Of a DNA stretch of 64,000 nt, positions 44,756 through 59,317 are shown piece by piece. The notes under the pieces are model-generated. The model was not told the origin of the DNA, searched no databases, and saw only the letters and a list, made by a program, of their open reading frames with translations. The position numbers and the translations under genes are program-made. Source of the stretch: Bugula neritina. Its lineage: Eukaryota; Animalia; Bryozoa. Every line of letters begins with the position of its first letter. Positions within the stretch are counted from its first letter, which is position 1. The DNA lies in the NCBI GenBank assembly GCA_964035545.1, contig OZ037768.1, positions 6,852,741 to 6,916,740 of the forward strand. The letters are read 5' to 3'.

Positions 44756-47700
44756 TTATTTAGAAGAATTTATGCTAAGCAGAAGTGGCCTGCCACCAAT
44801 ATCTTTCTGGTTCAGATGCTCAACAGCTTGGACAGCCTCTCCTGCTGTCTTCATTAAAATTGATCCCCTACAAAAAATAATGCAATAGCTTATAAATAAA
44901 TATACAAAACCGGAACCTAACTGTGTTAATTATAAAACGCATTATGCATGTTATAGGGCAGCATAAGACTTGGGCACACTACTTGAGTCAATTAGACTAT
45001 TTACGCCAACAGCATATTATTCTTACTATTTTCCTTATAACTAGCACACAATAAGCAATCATGGTTGACTTTTTTCCAACTAAATCACGAAAAATAGGAC
45101 CAATCCCAATATAGCATTCATAGGATTTTATTTTTATTTCCTTACTTTCCGGTTGGCATTCCATTCATCATATTGAATCTGACGCTTCCCCTCACCGGGT
45201 TGAAGTCTCTAAAGAAAGCCTCTACCTGAACTTCTTTGATGTCATACCGCAAGTTCACCATCCTGATAGTCCTCTCCGCCTCTGGGTCACTCTGTCTGGA
45301 AACTGGTACTTCATTTGTGTTCTGCAAAAGTGAAAACTCTGTTACTATAGCCTTGACCTAACATCAGAATGCTCAGTAAAAATTTTTTGAAGAGCTTTCA
45401 ATACTACTATTGGATAAACAGCATGTGACCAATGTAAGTTAAAATTTTACAAGAGCAATCAAAAATTCAGGAAAGTTCTATTGATGTATTTATGAAAACT
45501 AACCAGACGGCTGACTGAAATAAGATTTCAACATTTACCAGACTACTCATCCATGACAAACTCGGACGATTTTTCAACTTACTAAGAGATCATAGCATAA
45601 TACACAAGGCCGATGCAAGGCTTCTTAGGCCTTTAGGTACTGTAAGGGTTTGGAGCCTACTACTTGAAAATTACTGAAACGTAGCTGACATCCCTATTAG
45701 TAAAAAATGCCACAGGCATTTAGTACCATCTTTGAGTTTTTCGTACATTATAAATAACACGTATTGTTGCAGAAGTACTGTATGACCTTTCTTTCAATTT
45801 GCTATATATGCCGGAATATATTGCTAAGATGTAGAAAACTATGACTGCTTTTCAAATACTCCAACAGAACATAAAGCTATTTATACCTTCTCAGAGTATT
45901 TTGATATCAAGTCGTCCATAGCAGACTGAGTAACGACTCTGACAGTGACGTATCGTTTTCCTATGTAACCTCTGTCGTGTTTGAGGGCTTCATCTCGATC
46001 ACTTATAGATGAGACCTAAAAATCCACTCACCAAGTTACACCATTAACTTATAAATAGCAACACATGAATAAAGAGTGTTAACATCATCATACACCTATA
46101 CAGCCACCAACATAGGTGAAACTTCAAACACACATACTGTTATTTTGCCATGAAGTCCATAAACTACAATGTAAGTCTTTACTTCAACAAATGCCAGATA
46201 ATGATCAACTATAGAAAAAAATCACATATATGGATTACCTTGACAAATCCATTACCAGTGCATTTTCCACTACCATCTGCTGCTTTGACAATTGTTACTT
46301 CACTACCTTTAATGTGTGCCGGATGTAGAAAATCTGACACTGTTTTAGGCGTTGCGTCATATGGTAAACCAACCAGATGAATGATGAACTCTCCAGGTTT
46401 TGTTCTGAATAACCAAAGCATAGTAACTTTCAATACGCATTCACATTTGGTAACAACAATTTAATACGTAGTGTAGAGAGACTAGTAAAACAGGCACATT
46501 ATTAATATAACACACAAACTATAAGAGTAAATTGCATACTTATCGGCAGCCAGGTGCCTTCTGTGGGAAGCTACAGCTGACTTCATTTGATCATTAGTCA
46601 TCGGACTTATCTGTAACAGTAGAGAGAACTCAAGAGAAAATGCAACAGAAACCAGAATATGTGAGATGTAGCAGCGCTATGAAAAAGCAATATTAAAAAG
46701 GCTAGGTGATGGCTGCTGCATATGGCGCATAGCAATAGAACTTACATGTACTGTATGCTTCAGAACTTCTTTGGGGGTGCTAGTCAGCGCCCGCTGATCT
46801 GTTTCAGAAGCCAACTCTATGTAAGCAGTCCCAGTGCATTCTTTATGAACATTGAACTCTAAATATAGAGTCTCTAAAATACAACAATCTGTGTCAAGTA
46901 AAATATAAAAAAAGCAAAAAATTAAAAAAAAAACTATGACTAGAATTTACCGTATATTATATCCTTACATTTAAGAAATGCAATAAAGATGATAAATCTG
47001 CTTACTTGGCTCATACTTGATGTTAGTGAGCAACTTCTCAATATCAGACTTTGTGGCATTAGGTGGGAGTCCAGTGAGCACAGCACACCAGGCTGACTTC
47101 GGACTGAACACATAAATAAGCAAATATGTAAATTAGCATAAAACAAAAGGATGAAAAAACTGAAAATTAGATTTATCAAGTTACTAGGTAACTAATTGCA
47201 AATTCAATTCAACACTAAACTATTACAAAAAATAAAAAACAAGAAATCTAAAGGAGTTATATGCAATCAAATGTATATAGACTAACTCGATGCTGGTTAA
47301 TTACCTGCCATCATTTTCCTTAGAATCATCTCTATTATTCTGGCGAGTTGTTTCCTCTCGAACTCGGCGAGGTCGGTCCTCTACACGGCTATTTCTCGAA
47401 TATGGCAGCTCTCTTGAATGGGGTAGTTCCCTTGAATAAGGCGGCTCCCTTGAATGGGGTAGTTCCCTTGAATAAGGCGGCTCCCTTGAATGGGGTAGTT
47501 CCCTTGAATATGGCAGCTCTCTTGAATGGGGTAGTTCCCTTGAATGGGGTAGTTCCCTTGAATGGGGTAGTTCCCTTGAATAAGGCGGCTCCCTTGAATG
47601 TGGTAGTTCCCTTGAATAGGGCAACTCCCTTGAATGGGGCAGCTCTCTTGAATGGGGTAGTTCTCTTGAAAATGGTGGATCTCGATCAAAAGATCGCCTT

Positions 47701-50567
47701 CTAGGAGCCCGGTGCCGGTCAGGTGATCGGTTGCTTCTCCTAGGAGATCTATTTCGCAACTGAACACCTCTTGGCAATGAGGGAGAGCGTCTTCGGTCAC
47801 GTGTTCTGTCTGTAGGCCTAAAATCATGATCACCGCGTCTACTGCCTCTACTAAGACGATCATCAACCCTAATGTCTCGATCAACTTCATCCAAAAGAGA
47901 AGGAATTTTATCTGACTGTGCTCCACCACCAGGCTGCTTCTTTAAAGCTGCTTCTGAAGCAGCCCTCTTATAATTGTCAAGAGAACATGGCTCTATTACA
48001 ATGAACAGTCCAGATATTTTCATGCCTTTCAATTCATTTAGAGCTGTGACTGTATTATTTATATCATCAAACTTAACAACTGCAGAAGCGGTCTCATTTG
48101 ATTCTTTTGGAGGCCAATTTATCTGCAACATAAAAAGACAAATAAACATATGATGCAGAAATTTTATTGAAAGTATATATTTTATTTTAGTAGCTAATGT
48201 AAATAATATAATTTATTACTTACGACTATGTCTTCAGCAAAGATATTATGAGTAGCAAAAAGTCCTCTTAATTGCTTATATGCTACATGGGTCGGCAGGT
48301 TGGTAATGCTAGCACAAGGGTCTGTAACTGGAACAACAGATGCTGGCTGTTGAGATGCATTCATAATAGGAGCTTGTGGAGCTATGTTCAAATTTCTGTT
48401 CCAGTTTGGTGGTTCTGGTGGGAAACCTGGAAACACCCTGCTATTATTTTCAGGTCTAATGGAATTATTTGGGACCGCATGCCTTGGCATATTATGAGGA
48501 GTGTTCAATTGAGGACCATTGAAGTTTGAAGGTGGAGCATTGTCCATAAAATGCTTGTTTGGTATTCCACCAGTGTTCATATTAGAGCTTGGGTGTATTT
48601 GACTTGGATTGATTGTTGGCGGAATAGGTAGATTTTCACTAGGAGTTGGCAAGAGACCAGCAGAAGGTGAAGGCTTTATGAGTGGCCTTTCTTCTTTGGT
48701 GGGAGACTTGCCAAAAGAACTATTTCTAAAATCAGAATCAACCATCTCTGCCTTGCTTGTTGTGTCTCTGTTATGAAAGGAATCATTTCCAAAGTAACCA
48801 TCACGCGAGTCTCTTGAGTTGAAGTTAGGTTTTCTGTTATCAAAATCTTGGAGGGACTGATTCTGCATGTTAGGGGGCTGGTCCCAAGGAGGCCTGTGAA
48901 CATTGTTTTCTGTATTTGCTTGATGTCTATTTTGCTGATAATGTGAATCTTCAGTATAACGATCAAATTTACCAATAGGTTGTCTATCATTATATGAATT
49001 GAACTCTTGCCTGTCTACAGAACGCTCTGAGTTGAGGTCAGAAACAGTGCGATTTACATGAGAAGATTGAACATCTGAGTTTCCATACTCTTGGCCACGA
49101 TCATACAACCGAGAATCAGATGTTCTTGTTACTCGCTGCTCTAAATCAAAAGTATTAATTTGCTTGCTAGGCGGATCAGCCGGCCGTCTATCAGGGTATC
49201 GCTTGGAGGGTCTTTCATTGAAATTTCTGTTATCATATTGCCTAGAATTTCCTAAATCTGGATCAAAGCGGTGGTCATTTAGTCTTGGGTCAAAGTGTTG
49301 GGTACTACGATTGCTATCTCTTTGAAATCGTTCAGCACTATGACCATGTGGCCAATTGCCACTCGGTCCATGAAAATGGCTTTCAGAAGGACGAATATCA
49401 TGTCTAGATCTATTTCTTGAGTCACTACGAGGATGTGCACTAGGGAGATCATTTGGTTCCGGATAGTTGCGCAGGTTTTGGCGGCCAGATCTACCTTCCA
49501 GCTCATTGTTACTTCTGTCATCATATCTGTTATGATAACTTCGGTCTTGTGATGGTAAACTGGAATTTTCCTCCATTGGTCTCGTATAGTTTGACTCCTT
49601 CATACCTCTGTTCCACTGGTTATTTCTACGGTCTTGCCATGAATCCCTACAAATTAGCTATTTGATTTTAAACGAATCCTACAGATTTTCAAATACCACA
49701 ACCCTGATGCAATCTATAAATGATAAAAAACATTATAAAATTGATATACTTTTCATTAAGATCTCGATGATTTTCAGGTCGCTCAGTGAACTTATATGGC
49801 GGTTGATGCCTTTCAGAGGGAGAACCTGAACGCTTTCGGCTTTGAAACACATCTGGTTGATCATACACAGGAGGCTTAGGTGTTTCTCCTTTAGCAATTG
49901 CTATGATATACTGCATTTCATCTTCACTGCCAACAGAAAACAAATTAGAGGACACAAATGAAAAGACATCTCACAATTTGCTTTTCACAATGAATGCCTC
50001 GCATGTGTTTTGAAGTTATTGATATTTTTTCCCTTACTGGAGAGCATATATATGTGAATGTACATATTGCTGCTTCTTAGCATTTATGTTAACAAAAATA
50101 ACTTCTGTAAAAGTATAAATTAGTAAGTGCACATAACTAAAAAGTATTTTGTCAGATGTCAAATAAATAGGAACTCGGAGATTTAAGTACTAAATGAGCA
50201 AAATAAGTTGACAGCAAAATCTACTCAAAGTTGGCACACTACAGGAAATCTAATTTTGATCTCATTTCATACAATAAATGGAACTATTTTTACTAGTGAT
50301 GACTATTTTACTGGTAATAACTTTACTTCCAACATACTTGCTTGGATCCAATCTAATACGCTGATCATTCAAGTACATCCCATCTTTCCTTAAAGCATTG
50401 TGGGCATCTGCTTCAGTTGTAAACAGCACAAAGCAATCTCCATCATCGCCACCAATTATTTTTACTCCACCGTTTGGTATGTCTAAACCCCGAAAAAAGC
50501 CTCTAATATCTGTTGCACTGGCCGACCATGAAAGGTTTCGCAACCGAACTACTAGTTCTCCGGGCAT
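44756..50567 (-). CDS. RBM12: RBM12/RBM12B-like multi-RRM RNA-binding protein (~1175 aa, 11 coding exons)
   Basis: Exons 50567-50338, 49926-49750, 49646-48224, 48122-47305, 47103-47006, 46873-46746, 46610-46540, 46404-46239, 46015-45887, 45321-45146, 44867-44756 (3528 nt). N-terminal VVRLRNLSWSASATDIRGFFRGLDIPNGGVKIIGGDDGDCFVLF is the RBM12 signature RRM; C-terminal RRM GMPTG..EAVQAVEHLNQKDIGGRPL. Confidence 0.85.
47400..47669 (-). repeat. Coding 18-bp tandem repeat x15 (hexapeptide SRE[L/P]P[H/Y])
   Basis: 15 consecutive units counted in the 47301-48149 ORF. Confidence 0.95.
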
Positions 50568-51769
50568 GCTGTATCAGAAAGAATTATTGACAAATGTGGC
50601 TATTCATTTTAATTTACTTTAAAATTCTCAAACTATAAAGATAAACAATAAGTCACAAGTCTCAATTTTGCTGCAATTTTATTACAAGGCTACACTTGAA
50701 GTAAAAATTCTCAACAAAAGATCCATATGAAAGTATGAAAAATGCTCTTCATTGTATACAATTAATACTATAAGATTGATCATGATGCCATCACATATAA
50801 AAATATATTTATTGAATTTAACTTTTTATTTTGATACTATTAGTATTAGATTAAATTAAACAGCAACTGTAAGTGTAACACTAAATTTAATAAGTAACAA
50901 CTAGTAACTATAAGTATAAGTATAACTATAAGTATAAGTAATAATTAATACATATTTCAAATTTATTTTTTCCAACATTTCGATTTTGATTTACTTTACA
51001 TTGGTTGATTTGTTTTCAAATTGAATTTATGATCATCATTATGATGCTCATGCTGATTATCGTAGACATAATGATAATGATCGACTTGGACAGCTACGCC
51101 TATTGAGCTTGAGATTACAAATGAACATTATGATTAAGTGATTAACTTTCACTTTGACTTTTAGATTGCCTTTGGCGTTAAGTTTGACGTTAAGTTTATA
51201 AACATTAATTTATTTATATTCGTAGTTTGAGTTTGACAGTTACTGAGTTGCTGTTACTCATAGTCATACTGATACTGTTACAGCTACTGAGCTAGTGCAA
51301 CTGCTAATGTCACACTTACTCTTAGTCTAACAGTTACTGATGGTGTTACACTTACTCTTAGGCTACTGTTGCCTTTGCCTTTGGTGTTCCAACGAAACTT
51401 TTACTTAAAGTCAACTTTTACAATAAGTATAACAGTATTAGTATAACTATAAGTATAACAATTACTCAGTTTCACTTTAACTTTTAGTTTAAGTTCAACT
51501 TTCAACTTTTACATTTAATCATGACTTTCATTTTCAATTTGAGCTTTTAGTTTTAGAAATTTTTTAACTTCTGTCTGAATCATTCAATCAGTGAATCCGA
51601 ATGTCTAATAAAGTAATACTGATAGTTAAATATAAATTAGCAGTTAATATTGAATACAATTATTATACGGCTCAAATTAAATTCACACAGTTCTCGTTGA
51701 CAATTTAATTCACATTCATATTGAATTTGAATATGATAATGATTTGAGATCAATTATTTCAAGTTTCAT

Positions 51770-52142
51770 CGTGGCGGAGTACGATAACGAGACCTAACCT
51801 ACTACTTCAGCCAAAACTGCGACAACTCCACATACTGGGTGCCTTCGATCATTAATATTAAGAAGATAACTCCATAGTGTAAGGGTCTGATACACGGCCA
51901 GTTTCACCTTTTCCCGCGAGCTTTGGGTCTTTGTTGGCGATCATCAGCGTGCCGCACATGTTCCACTACCAAATTGACATTGCCACTACCAGTACTACTA
52001 GTACAGTACTAGTAGACGTAGACTACGTGAGACTCTGACTGAAAGTGAGTGGATCTACTCCTAAGGCCAGTGGCTAGTAGTAGTGCTGTAGAGCTAAGCA
52101 TAGTGATAGTGATATTCAACCAGCACAATATCCAACATCAAA
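51770..52142. promoter_or_regulatory. Probable bidirectional promoter region between RBM12-like and SSRP1
   Basis: Divergent start codons at 50567 (-) and 52143 (+); local GC/CpG-richer island between AT-rich flanks. Inference only. Confidence 0.45.
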
Positions 52143-55100
52143 ATGAATGATTTATTAGAGTTTTCTGACATCTGCCAGGAAATAAGAGGAGCTATGGTAA
52201 GATTCAGATTGATATAAATTAATTATATTTTAATTTTAATTTTATAAATATAATAATCATAATGACAATGTGCAAGTGCAAAGGTATGTACTATGTTAAA
52301 CCTAATGTTATTGTTATACTTATACTTATAGTTATTTATATTAATATGAAGATGCTCAACAGTCATCATAATCATAAATTGATAAAATTAAATTAAAATA
52401 ATTACAATTTAACTTTGTAATAATGAAATTGAATTCCATTTCTTATTCAATTGAAGTGAGCTATCAACTAATTTTAGTTTAGTTACTATCTATAAGTAAA
52501 TAATTATAATACTAATAGATCTCCTGTAGGGTCCCAAATTTCTCTGCCAAAGTACAGCCCAGAAATTTTAATTTGTACAGCTATGTCTATTGCTAATGCT
52601 GTGTCTGAATCGTCACTGTGTAACCTACTTATTGTTTGCCTTAAGAATTGGTAGTTTGTTTTGCCTAGTTATAGTCCATAATACTAATAGTTAATGGTAA
52701 TAATCATAAGGATTAGATATTTACTTTTAGTATTTACAGTTGTTGATGTCTCTGACTTAGTAGTTACTCACTTCAAATGATTAAACTTTATCTTGATAAA
52801 GCATAAAATATTTAAAGTTGAATTTGAAAAAAAATTGAGGTTGAAATGATGGTTGTACCAGTTCATAACAACTTTAATTAATTATAAAAATTTTTTATTT
52901 GTACTCACTGGTGTGAAAGTTTATATAAAAGCTCTAAAAAGTGAAAGTTAAAGCTGATTTCTGTTGAGTTATTTTACATATTTATACTATTTTGTAGAAC
53001 TCGGGTAAACTCAAGTTACAGAGTAACATGGTTGTATTCAAAAATTTGAAATCTGGAAAAGTTGAACAATTGCAATCTTCTGATGTAAAGTCAACCAAGT
53101 TTATGCCTCGGGCGCAAGGACACTGTTTAAAAATTATCTCCAAAAATGGAAATATTCATAAATATGACGGATTCAGAGAAAGTGTGAGTGAATTTGTTTC
53201 TATGCATTCTGAAGACTTTCATATGATTGTGTAAAATGTTTTTGAGTGATAGTCATTCTCTTCAGCCATAGCATTTTTTGTGTTGCAGGACTATGATAAA
53301 CTTGCTACATTCATGACTAAGTACTACAACACCAATTTAGAAAAAGTGGAGATGTCAGTTCGTGGTTGGAACTGGGGCAATGTTAATTTTGTTGGTAGGC
53401 TATTGCAGACTGCCTTGTAGTTGACTGAACAATCTTATTTAGTGTGCTCTACAGTCTACACGGTTGAATAGTGATATACATTAGCTGTATGGGTTCTAAA
53501 TACTCTTTCATTTCACTGTGTTTGTTTTGTTTAACTGATTTGCTAACTATAATTTATTGGTTTTTTCTTTTTGCATAAAATATCTTTCAACATATTATCA
53601 ATGTGCTAATCATTCCAGGAAACACACTGGAGTTTGAAGTGCACAACAAAGAGGCTTTTGAGATACCACTTGGCAATGTGTCTCATTCAGCAGCCGCCAA
53701 AAATGAGGTGACATTAGAGTTTCACCAAAATGATGATGCAGCTGTGTCTTTGGTCGAGATGAGATTTCACATACCATCTGAACAAAATGGTGATGGTGAT
53801 CGTGACCCTGTAGATGTAAGTGTTTCTATTCTTCTCTGATGTAAGTTATCTTTCTTGAATATTTCTGCTTTTTCTGTGTTGTCTGGTGAGGTTTAGTTAT
53901 ATATATTATGAATAAAAATTTATTCTAGGTGTTTCATGAACAAGTTCAACAGAAAGCAGACATTATCCAGGCTGTTGGTGAATCTATATGTAACATACTG
54001 GAAGTCCAGTGCCTTACACCGAGGTAATACTCATATCATAATTGTCATATACCAGTATTTGCTGTTATTATTAAATAGTAGGTAGCATATTTTGGCTGCT
54101 ATCATGTGTAACTACATGCTTGCCTCTAGAATCTAGTAGATGTGCATTTACATTGTAATTTCTGCTTCACTTATTTGTGTGTTTTAAAGTGTTCTACAAC
54201 TCAGTTAAATATAACAATGGAAAAAAAATTAAAAAAGCCCAAGTTCTTTCAATTTTTCTTGCGGATTCACAGGTTTCAGGGCATCACTTTCTTTATCAAA
54301 TTTTCCAACTAAAACAAAGGCTACAAAAATTGATGTTGCAGATTCTTTTAATGCTCTAGTCATTGTAAATTACCGTTTGTATGTTCTTTTCATTACAGAG
54401 GAAGATACGATATCAAGCTATACCCAACTTTCCTGCAGTTACACGGTAAAACATTTGACTACAAAATACCATACTCAACAGTTATACGACTATTCCTGCT
54501 TCCGCATAAAGATGGCCGTCAAGTCTTTTTCGTGGTAGGTTGCAGTCAACTTTTAAATTATGCTCATTAGTGTGCTGCAGGCTGTGCTCAGGTAGAAAAT
54601 CAAGGCTAATTTTACAATTTTCAATAACTATTTTATACTAGTTGAAAAAACAAAAATTTTAAGAAGTCATCTGTAACATTGTAATATCCAGTCTTGTCTT
54701 TACACAAGCAATAGAAGGCTGCTAGATAATATTTGGCTTCGTGGCAATCATAGTCAAGCACCTGTTGTGTTTCAGTTGTTTTTTACAGCAAACTGCATTT
54801 TCATAGCAATCTAACCTTCAATTAGGCCAACAAGGTTTTTTGTCTTTGAAATATACTGAAATTACTTTTTATTACGAGATTGTATGGTCTGCTTTTATAT
54901 TTGGCTGATATTTTGTAAATGGCTTTGATTGAAACATGAACTTCCATTTTGGAATAACATTGCTGGTATGTAGTTTATGAGCACCTTAATTACTAAATCG
55001 CATCAAGTATTCCGAGCAACTGATTGTTGGCACACAAATAGCCTTTGGCATGATAACTTACTGTTTGCAGCTTAGTGTGGATCCACCCATCAAACAGGGA

Positions 55101-58100
55101 CAGACCAGGTACCACTTTCTCATTATCATCTTCAACAAGGATGATGAGATGAATGTAGAACTCTCATTAACAGAGTGAGTATACTGTATTCTCCTTGGGA
55201 CAGTTGATTGTTAGCTTTTTTACCACTTGTCTTTTGAACTATTTAATGTAATGTAATATGTAGTGTTGGTTCTCAACTAACCTGTATTCTCACAGAGATG
55301 AATTAGCCAAGAAATATGAAGGAAAGTTAACAAAGGAGATGTCTGGTCTAGAATATGAACTCGTTAGTAAGCTGATGAAGACATTAACCGGAAAGAAGAT
55401 CACAGTTCCTGGTAACTTCAGCAGGTAAAGTAATTCTGTCATAAGCCATCAAGTTCTGTGCTGGACAGGCTTTTGAACCATCTATCTTTTAATTTAGTTC
55501 ATGATAAAAATGTAACAAGGTATATTATATTATATATTTGTATATAAATGTATTTGTATTATATATTTGTATAGAGTACTCAATTCTAAGTCAGTTCATA
55601 TTTTCTGTTACAGTCATTCGGGTGCCCAGGCTGTTGTCTGTTCTTATAAAGCTTCCAATGGATTTCTCTACCCGCTAGAGCGTGGGTTCATATACGTGCA
55701 CAAACCTCCCGTACACATCAGGTTTGATGAAGTGGCCTGCGTCAACTTTGCACGTAACTCCGGCTCAACTCGGTCTTTTGACTTTGACGTTGAGACTAAA
55801 GCTGGCACCGTCTATAACTTCTCTAGTATTGAAAAGTAAGGCCCCCAATTATATCAGTCTGAATATCTCACAGGTGGCATTGCCTGTGTATTTAGAAGCA
55901 GCAGTAGAAAAATTGGGATGACCGAAATTCTTTAACTTTCTTAATTAAACTTTTGGTCCTGGGTGCAGGCTGACATTCTTGCTTCTTTTGCCACATTTCT
56001 AATCTATAACACAGGTTTTTCTTAATTTTTCCATAGCTGCACCTACCTTTACTAATGCTAATCTGTCTGCTCGTGAATATTGGTGCAAGAATACGCTGCA
56101 TGTTTTAGAGATGAGTATATGAAGCTGTTTGAGTTTGTAAAGAGTAAGAAGCTTCATGTGAAGAATATTGGCAACAAGGTTAGTTATGTAATTCATGTTT
56201 CTAATGCAGAAACTGATCCTTTATTTAGATGTAACTAAAATATTGTGTTTGTAATTTCAGTCTAGCGTAAACCTGATGGATGATATGTTGGGATCTGATG
56301 ATGAGGATAAGCATGATGCTTACCTGGAGAGAATGAAGAGAGAGGGACAGGAAGTTGACAGCGGGGATGACGGCAGCGATTCTAGTGATGGTGAATATCC
56401 GCTAGTCAACACTGTACAGTGTTTGATAGCATTATTCGCCTCCTAAATATTTTGACTTTTCTGTCACATGAATGTCATCTTTTCAATTTGAATTTATCAA
56501 CATTAGTATAATGCAATCAGTTGGAAACATATGCAATCTATCACTCCCAAAACTCTGCTTGTTTGTCATGTATAGGTTTTAAAGCTTTCGTGTATACTAA
56601 GACTTTATGAATGGTAGAATGGTGTTTTTATTCAGTGAAATATGTTCTGCAGTTACATAGATACAAAAGCATTTCACAACAATTATTTGATTTTACATAA
56701 TGACACATTTGCTTTTTTGTGATAAATGACTTCGTATACCGAGCAACATTTTTATGCTATGCAAATTTAGCCAGTCTCAAACTTTCTATTGCCAGTGCCT
56801 GTAGTAGAAAATCGTAAATTATTTGAACCAATGAAAATGTCTGATGTGTGGATGTGCTGGTTGTAGATGAAGACTTCCAGCCCACTGAGCAGCTGAGTGA
56901 TGTGGCTGAGGAGTACGATAGTGATGCCAAGTCATCGTCTGGTGAAGATGGCGAGAGTGGTGATGAACAAAAGAGTGCCAAGAAAAAGAAAGCTAAGAAA
57001 GTATCCAAGTCCCGTGACAAGGTATCAATTACATTACTAGACTTACTTTATAGACTTTAATATTTTATTAGATTGAACTATAACTGATGACTTCAATACT
57101 TGTTTTAAATGTGTTATGTTTTGTGTTTCGCTGTGATAATATGAATTTGAAGTAGTTTGTGTAGTATATGACTGTATTGATAGAGCACTAGCAGGCAACT
57201 GACTAACAAGTGAAACAGGAATGAGTAAATACAATGACAACTGGTCATGTAGTAATAATAGGTTACAGTTTACATAAGAATGAATGACACACCACTATAA
57301 GAATATGAGTATATAATGGTAAACAAATATATGACAGAACTAAGCTGCTAGTCAGGTTATGTAACTGTAAGAGTATCCATACATATGTATCAAAATTAAC
57401 CTGTAGGAAAGTAGCAAAAGTAAGAGCCAGAAGTCCAAGAAGTCTGGTAAAGATCCGAATGCTCCAAAGAGGCCACTTTCTGCGTACTTTTTGTGGCTCA
57501 ATGAGAATAGACAGCGGATAAAAGATGACAACCCTGGTATCAGCATAACTGAAATATCTAAGAAAGCTGGAGAAATTTGGGGGAAAATGACTGACAAGAG
57601 CGTAAGTCTGCACTGTGTTGATGATTTAGCAAAGCAAAACACTCTCTAGTTGTGTCATGGGCTGGTGTTTTGTAATACACGAAAGTTGTCTTTTTTCAGA
57701 CACATGGGCATAAAGTTAGAAAAATATAACTCACTTGGGTTTATAGCTGCCATCCTTGTTAGAAATCTTGGTGGAAAGGATTTGTTAAGCGTTTTCACTA
57801 TTTTGGCAAAGAAGCAATTATGACTGAATGTCCTTTCTAACATCACTAATGTCCTGTCCTGCTTATTTCCATGATTAATAATTAATAAAGGCTATCTATT
57901 CTGTTGAAAGGACAGTATTCATTAGATCACGTGGTATTTTGCTTAATGGTGTAAACCTGCTTAGTTACACATAAAGTATCACATTGAGAGCGTTTTGGTA
58001 TCTATCCTTCCTCTCTCTCATCATGTATCTATTGAAAAGTGATGTCTTAGCAATATATTATTACTAAGTAACTAAAATGTTGTAGCATATGTAATAGGTC

Positions 58101-59317
58101 TAAAGCTGACATTTTATTGCATATGTGATGCATCTAAAGTTGACATTTGTGTAGAAATGGGACGCTAAAGCATCTCAAGCTAAGAAGGAATATGAGAGAG
58201 CAATGGCTGAATACAAGAAGTCGGGTGGCTCAGCAGCTGATACAAAATCTAAATCAAAGCCTGCAAAGAGTTCAAGTAAGACTTCAACGAAGAGCGAGTC
58301 TTCATCTAATGCAGGAGCGTTCAAGTCTCGCGAGTTTATTTCAGACTCAAGCTCTGGCCCAGATAGTAAGTTTAGTTATATATGTCATATCTATACTAGG
58401 ACTGTGCTCATTGTATATCACACATGCATCACTTAGTATATCTGTGAGCTATACATGACAAGGACAGTCTTTATTTTGCATTACACTTAGGTTTTGAATA
58501 TTGCATGTAACTATTGAATAGTAGTATAATATGATACAGTGATATAAGTTGCGCATGCATTAGTTGCTTCTTGTAAAATTATGTTCTCCAATCAATGTTA
58601 TTAGCCTAAGCTCACCATCTGTTCTCCATTGCCTGATGCAGGCGATGCTGAACCTAAAGCTAAGAAGGCTAAGTCATCCAAAGAAGCAAGCAAGCCCTCC
58701 AAATCTTCTAAACCAACAAAGAAACCAGCTAAAAAGGAGGAGAGTGAATCAGAAGCTGAAGCTGCTGTATGTATTAGTGATTAGTTTATTAGTAACTATG
58801 TTCAGGAAATGTTAGAATAATGACAGTATTTAACAGTAGTTACAATCAGGAAATCAAAACTGTAGAGAATACCTTTAACAACTCTTTTCACACTACACAA
58901 GTTCTCTGTATATGATTATTTGGTTTCTTGAAACTATCAGATCTTAAAAACTTCCAAACTTGTAATTAATGGTAAAAGTACAGGATTTTAGTCAGGAATC
59001 CTTTGAAATCCTTTCAATTTAAAATTAAAAAAGCCTCACAATTACTCGCTTATATTGAATATATAAAAATGCAGATAAATGTGGTGTTAGAAATGTGTTT
59101 ATACTGCCAAATTTCAATTCTCAGCCTTAAATATGTTTCAATATGAATATTTGTATACAATTATGTATAGGCATGCTGTATTACTTTGGCAGTCTAAATT
59201 TTAATTGATAATTTTTTCTTCCAGTTACCTTCTGAAGAAGAGATCCTGAGCTCACCAACTGCATCAGAGGGATCTGGAAGTGCAAGTGGCAGCGCCAGTG
59301 AGTCAGACAGTGATTGA
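52143..59317 (+). CDS. SSRP1: FACT complex subunit SSRP1 (~735 aa, 16 coding exons)
   Basis: Exons 52143-52196, 52998-53183, 53289-53394, 53619-53815, 53929-54023, 54399-54534, 55071-55174, 55296-55424, 55614-55835, 56109-56178, 56261-56390, 56867-57021, 57407-57601, 58155-58365, 58642-58766, 59225-59317 (2208 nt). Motifs [63 protein letters not shown]; HMG box [18 protein letters not shown]. Confidence 0.97.

Noticed and set aside
47348-47929. Alternative-frame and antisense repeat ORFs (LNGVVP, IQGNYP)
   Set aside because: By-products of the stop-free 18-bp repeat; only the SRELPH frame joins the RBM12 exon chain.
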